Shown: in pieces, positions 19,362-29,516 of the stretch
Position numbering within the stretch: the first letter of the stretch is position 1
Layout of the letters: each line of letters begins with the position of its first letter
DNA from: Elusimicrobiota bacterium
GTDB lineage: Bacteria > Elusimicrobiota > Elusimicrobia > UBA1565 > JACRDR01
NCBI GenBank assembly: GCA_041694815.1
Contig: JBGFSC010000007.1
Location: forward strand, 32,001-96,000
DNA: 64,000 nt
Direction of reading: 5' to 3'
The notes under the pieces: model-generated
Told to the model about the DNA's origin: nothing
Databases searched by the model: none
What the model saw: only the letters and a program-made list of their open reading frames with translations
Position numbers and translations under genes: made by a program

Positions 19362-20546
19362 TTGGTCAATCCGCCGACCGTCAGCATCGTGATTCCCTGC
19401 TGGCGGCAATCGGCGAGCCTGTGGCCCAGCCTTAATGCCTGCCTGAAACAAGACTACCCCGCGTTGCGCGAGATCATCGTCGTTCATCGCGACTTCACAA
19501 GCGAAGAAAAGGCGCGGCTGGCCGATTGGCCGGTGGTGTCCCAAGAGGTCCGTAGGCCCGGCCCTGCGGCCGCCCGAAATCTCGGCGTCCGAGCCGCACA
19601 CGGCGAATATATCGCCTTCATCGACAGCGATTGCGTGCCGGAACGCCCTTGGTTGAAGCGGCTCATCCAATCCCTCAACCATCCCTCCATCGTCGGTGCA
19701 GGAGGCAGGGTGCGCTCGGCCGTTCCCAGAACTCCCACACAACATTATTTGAATCGAATGCAGGACGCCGGAGTCTTCTTGAATCAAGAATATTCATTCT
19801 ATGACGAGTTCCCTTTGCCGTTTCTTACCACACAGAATTGCCTCTACTTGCGCCGGGCGCTTCTTGCGGCCGGCCTGCTCGATGAAACCCTCCATTCTGG
19901 AGACGACCAAGACCTGCCGTGGCGGTTGATTTTGGAAGGCTGGCAAATCCGCTATGTGCCGGATGCCGTCGTCTATCATGAGCACCCCCGCAATCTTCGT
20001 AGTCTTCTGCGCCAGCACTTCCGGGCCGGACGAGCGGCGACGGATTTGATGGTCAAGTACGCGGACTTCCCGTTTCATCTCGCCGGAACCTGTCATCGCT
20101 TCTCCGCATACGCCTGGTATCTCCGCAAGGTGTGGTCCGGCTTTGCTCACGATTCCAGGCGCGACAAGGTCTTGACGACATTAAGAGTAACCGCAACCAT
20201 GGCGGGCCGCCTCTATCAGCGCTTGCGCCGGCTCCTGTGGGAACAGTTGCCGCGCCTGCCCCTTCCTGCGGAGGATTACGCATGGGTCCTTCATCGCGGC
20301 GGCAAGATTGTGTTGCAGGGGCTCAGGCGCTCCGAACGGATAGAGCTCAACGAATCCGCCTCCTTTATCTGGCTGGAGCACCTCAGGGGCGCTGATGACA
20401 GGACCGTCGCGCACCGCGTCGCGCAAGAGTTCGATGTCGGGACCGACGCAGCCGAGCAGGCGGTGTCGTCCTTGTTGAGTACGGTGCGCCGATTAAAAGT
20501 GAGAACACCCAAGCGGTCTGGAGAGCCGGCATGCCTCATCCAGTAA
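19362..20546 (+). CDS. GT2 glycosyltransferase fused to a C-terminal PqqD/RRE domain
   Basis: VSIVIPC, GPAAARNLG, FIDSDC, GDDQDLPWRL; C-terminal IELNESASFIWLEHLRG...VAHRVAQEFDVGTDAAEQAVSSLL. Probable TTG start at 19362 (ORF open from 19317). Confidence 0.85.
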   Translation: MVNPPTVSIVIPCWRQSASLWPSLNACLKQDYPALREIIVVHRDFTSEEKARLADWPVVSQEVRRPGPAAARNLGVRAAHGEYIAFIDSDCVPERPWLKRLIQSLNHPSIVGAGGRVRSAVPRTPTQHYLNRMQDAGVFLNQEYSFYDEFPLPFLTTQNCLYLRRALLAAGLLDETLHSGDDQDLPWRLILEGWQIRYVPDAVVYHEHPRNLRSLLRQHFRAGRAATDLMVKYADFPFHLAGTCHRFSAYAWYLRKVWSGFAHDSRRDKVLTTLRVTATMAGRLYQRLRRLLWEQLPRLPLPAEDYAWVLHRGGKIVLQGLRRSERIELNESASFIWLEHLRGADDRTVAHRVAQEFDVGTDAAEQAVSSLLSTVRRLKVRTPKRSGEPACLIQ

Positions 20547-21865
20547 GGCTCGAAAATTCGGCTGTGCTGCGACGCCACCTTCTGCGCCTGGGAGAAGGCG
20601 ACCCAAAAGTCGCCGCCCAAGCGCTTCGCTCCCTGAAAGCCGACCCCGCCATCGCCTGGGAACGTTTTTCCCACACGCCTTCTGAACGACGCGCCACCGA
20701 ACGAAGGCTAGGGGCAGGCTTTCCGGTGACCGTCCGTCGGCTCCTTGAGGACGCCACCCGAGGGTCCGCGGCCCTCCTTTACGACTTGGCGTCCTTGCAC
20801 GGCATACGCCCATGGATCGAACGGGGTATTGAGCGGACGCTCGGGAAGGCGGCACGCGAACGGTTCCGCGCCATCTGCTTCGCTTCCGATCACGCGGCCT
20901 ATCCGTATCAGCTGACTGTTTATCTGACGCATCAATGCAACAGCCGCTGTTCTTATTGCTTCGCGCTGGAAGACATGAAGAACGACCGCAGCTACATCTC
21001 GATGGAAAATTTCCAAAAGATTCTCGATTGGGCAAGGGGCCAGCCTATCTCCTGCCTGAACTTGCTAGGAGGCGAGCCGACCGTGCACCCTCGCTTTTCG
21101 GACTTCATGCGCATGGCCGGACGGCAAAAGCTTCTCGTATACTTCTCGACAAACAACCTATATCCGGAACGAGTGCTGCGGGCCATAGAGTCAGCGCGGG
21201 TCTTCAACATCCAGGTACACGCCATGGAACCGGAACAGTATCATCCCCAGCAGTGGAAAACCTTCCAACGCAATTTGGGGGCCATCTCGACGCGCGGCAT
21301 CCAGGTTTGGCTGCGCTACAATCTATACAGCCTTGATCAAGAGAAGAGATGGCACTTCTTGTTCGAGCTCTGCGAGCGATATCGACTACCCCGGATTAAC
21401 TTTGCCCTGACGTTTCCGGTGGGTGGAGGCGTCAACCGGCATGTCGCCCTCGCCGATTTTAGCCGTTTCGCAAAAATGACGGTGCGCTTCTTGAAGGAGT
21501 GCTCGAGTCGCGATATCGAGCCGGTGATCACAAAGTCCTTCCCTATCTGCTATTTTGAGCCGGAAGACCAAGCCTTCGTCATGGAGCGATGCCGCTTCCA
21601 GAATATCTGTACGGTCCAGCGCGCCGATTACACGTACAACATCATCGTCCGCCCCGATCTCAGCCTCGATCCATGCATAGCACTGAAATGGAAGCAAGGG
21701 AATCTGCTGGACTTTCGCGACCTGACGGCATTGGGTACGTTATTCAGGGATCGGATAGACTCCCTCCAAAAGGCGCCGTTGTTCGACGAATGCGAAACAT
21801 GCCCCATTTATCCACTCAACGTCTGCCAGGGCACGTGTCTCGCCTATAAGGACCTACCCGCCTAA
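20531..21865 (+). CDS. Radical SAM/SPASM protein, candidate peptide maturase
   Basis: CNSRCSYC, LLGGEPTVHP, C-terminal C...PC...CETCPIYPLNVCQGTC. Confidence 0.9.
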   Translation: MPHPVRLENSAVLRRHLLRLGEGDPKVAAQALRSLKADPAIAWERFSHTPSERRATERRLGAGFPVTVRRLLEDATRGSAALLYDLASLHGIRPWIERGIERTLGKAARERFRAICFASDHAAYPYQLTVYLTHQCNSRCSYCFALEDMKNDRSYISMENFQKILDWARGQPISCLNLLGGEPTVHPRFSDFMRMAGRQKLLVYFSTNNLYPERVLRAIESARVFNIQVHAMEPEQYHPQQWKTFQRNLGAISTRGIQVWLRYNLYSLDQEKRWHFLFELCERYRLPRINFALTFPVGGGVNRHVALADFSRFAKMTVRFLKECSSRDIEPVITKSFPICYFEPEDQAFVMERCRFQNICTVQRADYTYNIIVRPDLSLDPCIALKWKQGNLLDFRDLTALGTLFRDRIDSLQKAPLFDECETCPIYPLNVCQGTCLAYKDLPA

Positions 21866-23419
21866 TCAGGCCACCCTGGTCCGCGCCCCATGCTTTGATC
21901 TTTCGAATAGTTCCAACAATCGAATCAACTCTTGGTCCTGCTCCAACCAATGCGGATGCTCAGCCGAACGATCAGTGATCGTGGGCCGCGGTTCGAATGA
22001 GTATCCTCTTGCGCTCAAAAAAGAGAAAAATTCCTCGTAAATGTCGATAGGCTTGCAATCAACCCTAACCCTAAGACCATCCAATCGTTTCCTCACGCCA
22101 GTGGGGTGGCCGTATAAATACTGCACATACATGCCGAACTTTTTGGCTAGTCCTAACTCCTCCTCGCTCCAACTGGCCGTCCGAATCACCTCGTAGGGCG
22201 GCTTGGGATCATGCTCAATCCCGTACTTTCCCGGAGAGATCGCGAATTCAGACCCAGGCACCACGACAAAAGGATGAATGACCAGGGCATCGGGCTCCAG
22301 GCGCAGCGCATAATCGATGGACTCCCTGAAGCCTTCATAATGATCGCCTGGCAAACCGCAAATGAGCTCCAATATCGCCCGTCCACTCAACGTGCTCCGA
22401 AATCTCCTGAACCGTTCCGCGTATCTCTCCTTATGCAGGACCCTGCCAGAAGCCTCAAGAGCTCCCGCATACACCGTCTGAAGGCCGGCGACGTATACAT
22501 TGGAAGAGAAACAAGAGTCCCGTAGCAATTCCAGCAGCTCCTCATCGAGGTGTTCGGGATTCATGGAGAATGCAATTCCCACCGGGGCCATGCCCGACTC
22601 CTCTCTTGCTCCATTTTCTTCTATGAGGATACGCAACAGCCCTTTCGCGTGAGCCGGGGGCAGCAGGATATCCGCATCGCAGAACGTGACGATTTGGAGT
22701 TGGGGCAACCGAAAAAATATTCCAAAATCCTCCCGCACTTGGTCCAAGCTCCGCAGGCGCAGCCTACGCCCAATCCCGCTGACGTCCCAAGAACAATATC
22801 GGCACACGAATGGACAACCTCGGGACGCCTCATAACGCATTTGGCCCGCCGCAGCAAACCCTCGCAGCTCTTCTCGAAACATGCTCCAACTGAAGCGCAT
22901 TTGCTCCAGATCGGCAACGGGCGGGCGAGGAATGTTCATCACAACCTCGCCATTCGCACGCCAGGCGATTCCCTGCACGGAATGCAACGGCATCCCCTGC
23001 TCGAGGGTTCGAAGCAGGTCGACAAGAGTTATCTCCCCTTCGCCTATGCAGACGAAATCCAAGGCGGGATGACGCCGGAGGATATCGGTCGGTGTGGTCG
23101 TCACTTCCGGACCTCCAACGATGATCCGAACCTCTGGACGCAGCTCCTTGATGGCTTGGCAGAGCGAAAATACCCTCGAAGAATTCCATGCGTAGACCGA
23201 AAAGCCTATAAGATTTGGCTCCTGCGAGAGGATCCATTCGATGATCAATGAATCCTCATCGGTGGAATAAAATCCCTTATAACTGATCTCCTTCTGATCA
23301 AAGCCCGCGCGCTGGACAGCATACCCGACCAGATGCAGTATGGACAGCGGTAGAGGAAAACCTACGTCGTTTCCAACTAGGTTAGATTTGGGTGAAATGC
23401 CGACTAGGCAGGCGCGCAT
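21866..23419 (-). CDS. B12-binding radical SAM protein
   Basis: IGFSVYAWN, IVGGPE, IGEGEIT, EASRGCPFVCRYC. Confidence 0.92.
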   Translation of the reverse strand: MRACLVGISPKSNLVGNDVGFPLPLSILHLVGYAVQRAGFDQKEISYKGFYSTDEDSLIIEWILSQEPNLIGFSVYAWNSSRVFSLCQAIKELRPEVRIIVGGPEVTTTPTDILRRHPALDFVCIGEGEITLVDLLRTLEQGMPLHSVQGIAWRANGEVVMNIPRPPVADLEQMRFSWSMFREELRGFAAAGQMRYEASRGCPFVCRYCSWDVSGIGRRLRLRSLDQVREDFGIFFRLPQLQIVTFCDADILLPPAHAKGLLRILIEENGAREESGMAPVGIAFSMNPEHLDEELLELLRDSCFSSNVYVAGLQTVYAGALEASGRVLHKERYAERFRRFRSTLSGRAILELICGLPGDHYEGFRESIDYALRLEPDALVIHPFVVVPGSEFAISPGKYGIEHDPKPPYEVIRTASWSEEELGLAKKFGMYVQYLYGHPTGVRKRLDGLRVRVDCKPIDIYEEFFSFLSARGYSFEPRPTITDRSAEHPHWLEQDQELIRLLELFERSKHGARTRVA

Positions 23420-23421
23420 GG

Positions 23422-24372
23422 TTAATCGCGTATACGCCTAGCGAATAAGCAGCGCTGCCCTGCGTAGTAAGGGACAACCGCCTGGGATAATCCACCAAGT
23501 CTTACGGCAAGCCCGGCCAAGGCCCCAAACATCGCCGAGATGGATTTCGCGCGGATCGCAAGGTAACCCAGAGGCAAGTATTGGACGTGTCGTTTGACGG
23601 CGAAAACTTCGAAACCTCGTCGCGCAATGAGCGCAGTCAAGGTTTGAGGAGTAAAGTAAAACAGATGCGCTGAGAGAAGAAACCACCACCGTCGGCCAAA
23701 CAGTTTGGCCAACGGGTCCGAAATGTCGGGCCAATTCACAACTAGGAGACCCCCAGGTTTCAACAACCTTGCCGCCTCTTTTACAGCGGAAGCCGGATCC
23801 GAAAGGTGTTCCAGGACGTCCCAAAACGTCACCAAGTCGAAATAAGCGTCCGACCAAGGGGCTGCCTGCAACGTCGCCGCTTCGATGGATACGCCGGTCC
23901 GTTCGCGGGCAAACCGCCGCAACCAAGCGTTCGGCTCGACGCCGCTCGCCTTCCAGCCGTGCTCTTCCGCAATCCTCATAAAAAAGCCGGCCGCCGCGCC
24001 GACATCGAGTGCCCTCCCGGTTGAGGGCAGGTGCGGTTGCATGCTTCTCCAGTATCCGCGAAAGGTCCTCATCCGGCTTGCCATCTGCTCAACGTAGCGA
24101 GCGTCCTCACCTTCCGAATACGCATCAAGAACGGCTCTCGGATGGGGCTGAGGATTAAGATAAACCAGATCGCAGCGGCGACACCGCACTAGGCGTTCGC
24201 TCCCAAGACGGTCGCTAGTAGCCGTAAAGTTAGAATCAGAATTCCCCGAGACCCGAGGCGACGTTTCAAAGACGAACACGGCATCATCGGCGCCGCATAG
24301 ATTGCACGCGACGTGGACGCGATCGGCGCCAGGCCGATTGCTGGCAAATGATTCAACCCGTGCGCAGCTCAT
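23422..24372 (-). CDS. Class I SAM-dependent methyltransferase with N-terminal Cys-pair (Zn ribbon) region
   Basis: CNLC...CRRC, LDVGAAAG, DVLEHLSDP, LLKPGG. Confidence 0.9.
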   Translation of the reverse strand: MSCARVESFASNRPGADRVHVACNLCGADDAVFVFETSPRVSGNSDSNFTATSDRLGSERLVRCRRCDLVYLNPQPHPRAVLDAYSEGEDARYVEQMASRMRTFRGYWRSMQPHLPSTGRALDVGAAAGFFMRIAEEHGWKASGVEPNAWLRRFARERTGVSIEAATLQAAPWSDAYFDLVTFWDVLEHLSDPASAVKEAARLLKPGGLLVVNWPDISDPLAKLFGRRWWFLLSAHLFYFTPQTLTALIARRGFEVFAVKRHVQYLPLGYLAIRAKSISAMFGALAGLAVRLGGLSQAVVPYYAGQRCLFARRIRD

Positions 24373-25957
24373 CGATGGGATTCGAATAAAAGAGCCTTGG
24401 GAAGAAAACCCTGGCAGCCGTCGACGCCTTCCACCCTAGGGAACCGTCCCGGAAGCTATTGCGAAACTGCCTAGCAAGGTACCTCGGCCGGGAATAGAAT
24501 TCCCAATAAAAGCGGTTATACCAGCTTTTGAGCACTTGCGGCGTCAGCTCAGGATTAGGATGCGTATAGACGTCGGCGGCACGGTGGACGTTGTAGAGGT
24601 CCCAACGCTCCGGCTTTTTTATCAGGCCCTTACGCTCATACTCCGCGAAGAGCGGCGTGTCCGGAAAGGGCATGCAAACGGTAACTTTTGCGTAATCAGG
24701 CATCAGACGCTTCGCGAATTCAAAAGTGGCGCGCATCGACCGGAATGTCTCCCCTGGCGTGCCGATCATAAAGAAACCGACCACCTCGATGCCGACCGCG
24801 CGAAACATTTCCATAGCCTCGATACTTTGCTCGACATCAAGGTCCTTTTTTATGGAGTCCAGCGCGCCCTGATCGCCGGACTCAAAACCGCACGCAACCT
24901 GATACAAGCCTGCGCGCTTAAAATGCTCCAGGAACCGACGTGAACAACGGTCGGCACGGATGCCGGCGGCAAGATTAAAGTCAAACTTGAGGCCGGCCGC
25001 AAGGACTTTTTCGGCAATTTCCTCCGCGCGTTTAACGCTTGCCAAAAACTGATCATCGACAATGCGCACTTCCTTGATGCCGAAGGCTTTATAATGTACG
25101 AGTTCCGCCAACACGCGATCGGCGCTAAAAACACGGTACTGATCGTACGATGCCGAGCAGAAACTACACTCGGAGGGGCAGCCCCTGCTGGTCTCCAACT
25201 GAATCAGTGGGTGGCTGCGAGCGATCAGGCGCGGATTGCGGTAGCGCCAGAATTCATAGAGCTCCAGATCCTGGAATGGAAGCGCATCAAGCTCATCGCG
25301 GCGCATTTTAGGCCGTGGCGGCGTGAATTCGATCTCAGGCTCGTCCGAAAGGACCGCATCCTTTTGAACGGCATAAGCGCCCTCACCGTTGGCAAGGCGT
25401 GTAATAATCCCATCGACGTCGATCATCATCCGCCGCCGATCATCCTTCCGGTAAGCGATCCCTTTGATCTCGGCTCGTGCCTTCTGCTGGCAGATTTCAC
25501 CGAACGTTTTTTCTCCTTCTCCGATAACGACCACATCGCACATCGAATCGACCAGGCTTTCCACGGGCAGACGCCGGTTGAGGCCACCCGAAGCATGCAC
25601 TCCTCCGTGGATCACGATCGACTCGGGTCCCAACACCCACTTGGCAATGATACCCGCCAACTTGGCCTCATAATAGACCGGTGTCGTAACGGTTAGGCAG
25701 ACGAATTTCGGCTTTTCCTCAATGAGAAATCGGACCAGCCCCTTCCAAGCCATGGCTTGGCGGTTATCACGTATGCCCATATCGAAGATCGCAGTCTTAA
25801 ATCCAGGGATCAGCCTTTTGACGTACGCTGATAGCCAAAGAAAGGCTCCAACCATCTGCACCTGCGTGGCAACGTCAATCTTCGTTCCCGTATAAGCGGT
25901 GAACATGCTGGGTTGCACGATGAATGCCGCCTTCGCTTCGTCTAGCTTAGGGTGCAT
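24353..25957 (-). CDS. B12-binding radical SAM protein
   Basis: HGGVHAS, IGEGEKT, ETSRGCPSECSFC, GFESG, FFMIGTPGET, PFPDTPLF. Confidence 0.92.
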   Translation of the reverse strand: MHPKLDEAKAAFIVQPSMFTAYTGTKIDVATQVQMVGAFLWLSAYVKRLIPGFKTAIFDMGIRDNRQAMAWKGLVRFLIEEKPKFVCLTVTTPVYYEAKLAGIIAKWVLGPESIVIHGGVHASGGLNRRLPVESLVDSMCDVVVIGEGEKTFGEICQQKARAEIKGIAYRKDDRRRMMIDVDGIITRLANGEGAYAVQKDAVLSDEPEIEFTPPRPKMRRDELDALPFQDLELYEFWRYRNPRLIARSHPLIQLETSRGCPSECSFCSASYDQYRVFSADRVLAELVHYKAFGIKEVRIVDDQFLASVKRAEEIAEKVLAAGLKFDFNLAAGIRADRCSRRFLEHFKRAGLYQVACGFESGDQGALDSIKKDLDVEQSIEAMEMFRAVGIEVVGFFMIGTPGETFRSMRATFEFAKRLMPDYAKVTVCMPFPDTPLFAEYERKGLIKKPERWDLYNVHRAADVYTHPNPELTPQVLKSWYNRFYWEFYSRPRYLARQFRNSFRDGSLGWKASTAARVFFPRLFYSNPIDELRTG

Positions 25958-26006
25958 TGCTAATTATCACTCACGCGATTAAATATGGTAAAAGGCGTCA
26001 GCGCAG

Positions 26007-27539
26007 ATGAGCGGCAAACAAAAATCAGGCCTAGTCCGAGGCGCGACGACAGTCTTCTTCCTCGCAACCGCGGCGCTTCTTTGGCGCGAATTAGGCCGCA
26101 CAGGGCTCATATCGGATGAAGGGCGCTTGGGAGCCTACGCCTCCTACATGCTCTGGGGTGAGCCGGCGCTGGAGCTCCTACAGAATCCTTTCCAGCAGTT
26201 CGCGGGCCGCATACTACTTCAGTATAGCTTTTATGTCGGCCCATGGAACTGTTACGCCGTAGCGCTTATGCTCTGGCTAACCCAGGACAAAGTGCTGGCC
26301 ATCAAGCTGGTCGCGCTCACATGGGGGCTTTTAGGGGTTTGGGCTTGCTACCGACTCTCTTCTGTCTGCTCCTGTAGCAGGAGAACGGGCCTTTTGAGCG
26401 CAGCCGTACTGGTAACAAGTCCTTTTTTCCTTTCCATGTTGAGGGCCGATTTCTTCCTGCCTGCGATTTTCTTCACCGCTTTCGCTTTCGCAATGCTGTT
26501 TAAGGTCGTGCGAACCGGACGTGACAAACACTGGCTTTTATCGCTGGCGCTAGTGGGCATGGGCATTGGCTTCTCCCACCCATTCTTAGCGGCGGCGGCC
26601 TCTTTTCTTTTACTCGCTTGGCGGCATCGCCGGCGTCTACCGATCCTCCGTCCGGGAAAGACGCCGACCTCCCGGCTTGCCTTATCGACGGCGCTGCTCT
26701 CCGTGGGCATATTCCCGCTCGTGCTGGCAAACATGCTCAACGGATGGCAAGCGCTGACATGGGCCTTCGAATTCCTGTTCGTTTCGCTCAACGGAGTCCA
26801 TAACGACGATTATCTGCGGAACCTGGCGCATCGACTGGGCGATCTCGTCAAGGTGTTCGGCTTACCCGGCCTATCTCTTTCTGGATTGGCACTGGCTCTC
26901 TATGCCATCGGCCGACAACGCTCGTCGCCGAATGCCAACACCGCAGGATCGCTTTGGGTCGCGACAGCCCCCATCGTGCTGCTATCTCCGCTCACCTTCT
27001 GTTCCTTAGTCCCCCCTCACTTGGCGTCCCTTTTTCCGATCGTTCTCGCCGCCATCGCCGCGACGCCTTGCGCCATTTCTGCCGCGCACGGCAGGTGGAG
27101 AGCGACCGCTCCCTTGGTCCTTGGGCTTTGGCTCGGCGTCAATGTTTTGAGCCGGGCACGAGGTCGCGGGACAGCGGTTCCAGAAGCACCCCGGCAGATC
27201 CTCGATGTGGCGCGCTGGGCCGATAACCGAACTGGAACCTACTCTACGTTCTCTTTCTCAACCTACTGGCCTTTGATCTACCTTATGAAGAATAGCCAAA
27301 ACATCGATTGTTTTATCGGCAGGCGGTCTGACCCCGTAGCCTTGGAGCGCCACGTCGGCGCTATGATCGACCAATCACACCGACACGGAGCCGTGCTTAT
27401 GACCGGTGATCCCCTTGAAAAGCCGGCTCTCACCGCGATGGCATCGGCGGCGCGGCGGCGCGGAAAAAAGATTGTTCTTGCCGAGCAATTCAGGGCAGGC
27501 GATGGCTCGGTGGTGTATAGGGTCTATGAATTCCGGTGA
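26007..27539 (+). CDS. Polytopic membrane protein, probable GT-C (ArnT/PMT-like) glycosyltransferase
   Basis: 'ISDEG' acidic pair after the first TM, 'YVGP', about 10-12 hydrophobic segments, soluble C-terminus; glycosylation context. Confidence 0.6.
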   Translation: MSGKQKSGLVRGATTVFFLATAALLWRELGRTGLISDEGRLGAYASYMLWGEPALELLQNPFQQFAGRILLQYSFYVGPWNCYAVALMLWLTQDKVLAIKLVALTWGLLGVWACYRLSSVCSCSRRTGLLSAAVLVTSPFFLSMLRADFFLPAIFFTAFAFAMLFKVVRTGRDKHWLLSLALVGMGIGFSHPFLAAAASFLLLAWRHRRRLPILRPGKTPTSRLALSTALLSVGIFPLVLANMLNGWQALTWAFEFLFVSLNGVHNDDYLRNLAHRLGDLVKVFGLPGLSLSGLALALYAIGRQRSSPNANTAGSLWVATAPIVLLSPLTFCSLVPPHLASLFPIVLAAIAATPCAISAAHGRWRATAPLVLGLWLGVNVLSRARGRGTAVPEAPRQILDVARWADNRTGTYSTFSFSTYWPLIYLMKNSQNIDCFIGRRSDPVALERHVGAMIDQSHRHGAVLMTGDPLEKPALTAMASAARRRGKKIVLAEQFRAGDGSVVYRVYEFR

Positions 27540-27544
27540 TACCT

Positions 27545-28267
27545 TCAGACGAACCGGTATTTCAGAAGACTCCAAAGCCCAATAAAAAAATCCGCGGCTT
27601 TAATTTTTTTCCCTTCAGCCCTTGACCTAGGATGGTATCCGACCTCCACCTCGATAATCGGCAATCCCCGAAGAATCAGCTTGGCGGTGATCTCATGGTC
27701 TGCCTCGAATCCTAAGGATTGAACGCCCATGCCCCGCACCTGGTCGATCGGATAAAGCTTGTATCCAGTCAACGGGTCGGCGATTCGACGCTGATATAAA
27801 AGCGCGATCCAGGCCGATAGCAGACGGTTGGCCAGCCAGGCACCAATCTCTTGATTAGGGTGCTTTTTCCCCCGTGCAACCCCGCGACTTCCGTAAACTG
27901 CTGCCTCAGGATGGCGCGCCAAGGCCTCCAGCATTCTTGGATAGTCGCAAGGATCGTATTCGAGATCCGCGTCTTGGATCAGAACATAATCGCCGGAGGC
28001 TGCCTCGATGCCACGTTGGACCGCCGCCCCCTTACCTCGGTTGGGCTGCCGTACGCACATTACCCTGCGGTCCGAAGCGGCGATTTGACCCGTCCGGTCC
28101 GTAGAACCGTCGTCTACGACGATGATTTCTGTCGCGATCCCCTTCAAGGCAGCACAGGCCGCGTGGACGCGGTCGATAAGAACGCCGAGCGTCCTTTCTT
28201 CGTTATATGCCGGAATCACGATCGAAAGCGATCCGATCCCGCGACTTACCTTAGCGTCCGTCCGCAC
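27545..28267 (-). CDS. GT2, polyprenol-phosphate glycosyltransferase (DPM1/ArnC-like); start uncertain
   Basis: LSIVIPAYNEE, VVDDGSTDRT, NRGKGAA, IQDADLEYDP, YHPRSRAEGKKI. Nearest in-frame GTG at 28267; ORF open to 28381. Confidence 0.88.
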   Translation of the reverse strand: MRTDAKVSRGIGSLSIVIPAYNEERTLGVLIDRVHAACAALKGIATEIIVVDDGSTDRTGQIAASDRRVMCVRQPNRGKGAAVQRGIEAASGDYVLIQDADLEYDPCDYPRMLEALARHPEAAVYGSRGVARGKKHPNQEIGAWLANRLLSAWIALLYQRRIADPLTGYKLYPIDQVRGMGVQSLGFEADHEITAKLILRGLPIIEVEVGYHPRSRAEGKKIKAADFFIGLWSLLKYRFV

Positions 28268-29516
28268 GTACCGTCCGCAATGCTTCGCTGACCACATGGC
28301 CTCCCGAATGGAAGTCGGTCCCTCGAGACCAATCCCGCACGATAAAGCCGCCCGCCGGCAACATGTGCCGGAGTCTTCCAAGAGGTATTGCCAACGGATC
28401 GTCTGAGCCTTTCGGAGAGTTGACGAAAAAGGAGTCTACGAGATCAGGAAGAGGTAAGTTCAACGCTCCCTTCCGGTTCATGTAAAAGAGGAATTTATCA
28501 ATTAGGCTCGCGACGGTCTCCCCGGTCAAGTCAGCATCCCTATGGAGGTTTACGATGAAAATCTTTTTAGCCTTCCGGTTCGCAGCAATAGCCTCGGCTA
28601 TACCTTCCGTCAGGTAGGAAGGGAACAAAGAGGAGTGTTGCGTGCCAGGGCCATATAAAATCAGATCGGCGGTCTTTAACGCACGTTCGGCACCCGGATT
28701 CGGGCGAGGTGATCGCTGGCTGGCGGCAAGCACGCGCCGCATACGTTCGCCAGAGAGCCGCTTGATCCCGCACGCGTCGAAGCCTGGTTCCAGCAAGAAA
28801 ATCTCTCGGATCGGCACCTGCGCATGTTCGGATGCGATCGCCGCTTCGTTTACCATGAACGAGCCGCCCTGAGAAAGTCCCACGAGGATGAGATTGGCTC
28901 CATCCGTCACATTGACTACCTTGCCTCGAAGCCCACAATGCTTTCCAAAATCATCAATTGCCGCGTTAAAATTGCGATTACACGCCAGATAACAACCCGC
29001 AAAGATAATGTTTCCCACGGCGCAGTCTCCGAACCGAAAACGCCGGCCCCCTCGCCTTTGCGCTTCGACATAGTTCCAAAAAAATTCACACCAGCGGCTA
29101 AAAATGATCGCGTGCGTAGGTTGCAAAAGAGCTAGCGCAGTTCGAATCCACTCGTGGGCAAGGCGTTCGTCACATCGGCGAGGCAGCCGTGCCCGCAATA
29201 GCTCCCGAAGGACTGCCTCATCGGCCGGCACGAGGCGCGCGACGTTCTTGCGAATATCCGAAGGGCCCAGCATTCCTGGCAAAAATGCCCGCATCCGGCC
29301 AGTGGATCGGCCGTCGTCATAAGCGTTCACCAACAAGGTCAAGGAAACTTGAGGACGCTCCAGCAAGGCGTTAGTAATCGAGTCCGTTCCAGTTCCTCCG
29401 CTGAACATGGCGACCGAGACCCGTCTGGACGGCTTGCTTGGTTCGACGTCGTAAGGCGCGAGCGACCGATTCGGCGTCCTGCGCGGTATTGATACCAACG
29501 GTTTCGATTGGATCAT
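28251..29516 (-). CDS. YvcK/CofD-family protein (UPF0052); start uncertain
   Basis: FSGGTG, VNAYDDGRSTGRMR, GPSDIRKN, ADLILYGPGTQHSSLFPSY. Confidence 0.85.
   Translation of the reverse strand: MIQSKPLVSIPRRTPNRSLAPYDVEPSKPSRRVSVAMFSGGTGTDSITNALLERPQVSLTLLVNAYDDGRSTGRMRAFLPGMLGPSDIRKNVARLVPADEAVLRELLRARLPRRCDERLAHEWIRTALALLQPTHAIIFSRWCEFFWNYVEAQRRGGRRFRFGDCAVGNIIFAGCYLACNRNFNAAIDDFGKHCGLRGKVVNVTDGANLILVGLSQGGSFMVNEAAIASEHAQVPIREIFLLEPGFDACGIKRLSGERMRRVLAASQRSPRPNPGAERALKTADLILYGPGTQHSSLFPSYLTEGIAEAIAANRKAKKIFIVNLHRDADLTGETVASLIDKFLFYMNRKGALNLPLPDLVDSFFVNSPKGSDDPLAIPLGRLRHMLPAGGFIVRDWSRGTDFHSGGHVVSEALRTVRADGR

Noticed and set aside
18948..21865. Lasso peptide cluster
   Set aside because: The leader motif is lasso-like, but no asparagine-synthetase-like cyclase or B2 protease is in the window and the core lacks a ring-forming layout.
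19073..21865. Mycofactocin or PQQ locus
   Set aside because: The peptide lacks IDGxCGVY and ExxxY motifs; no MftD/MftE or PqqB/PqqC genes are present.
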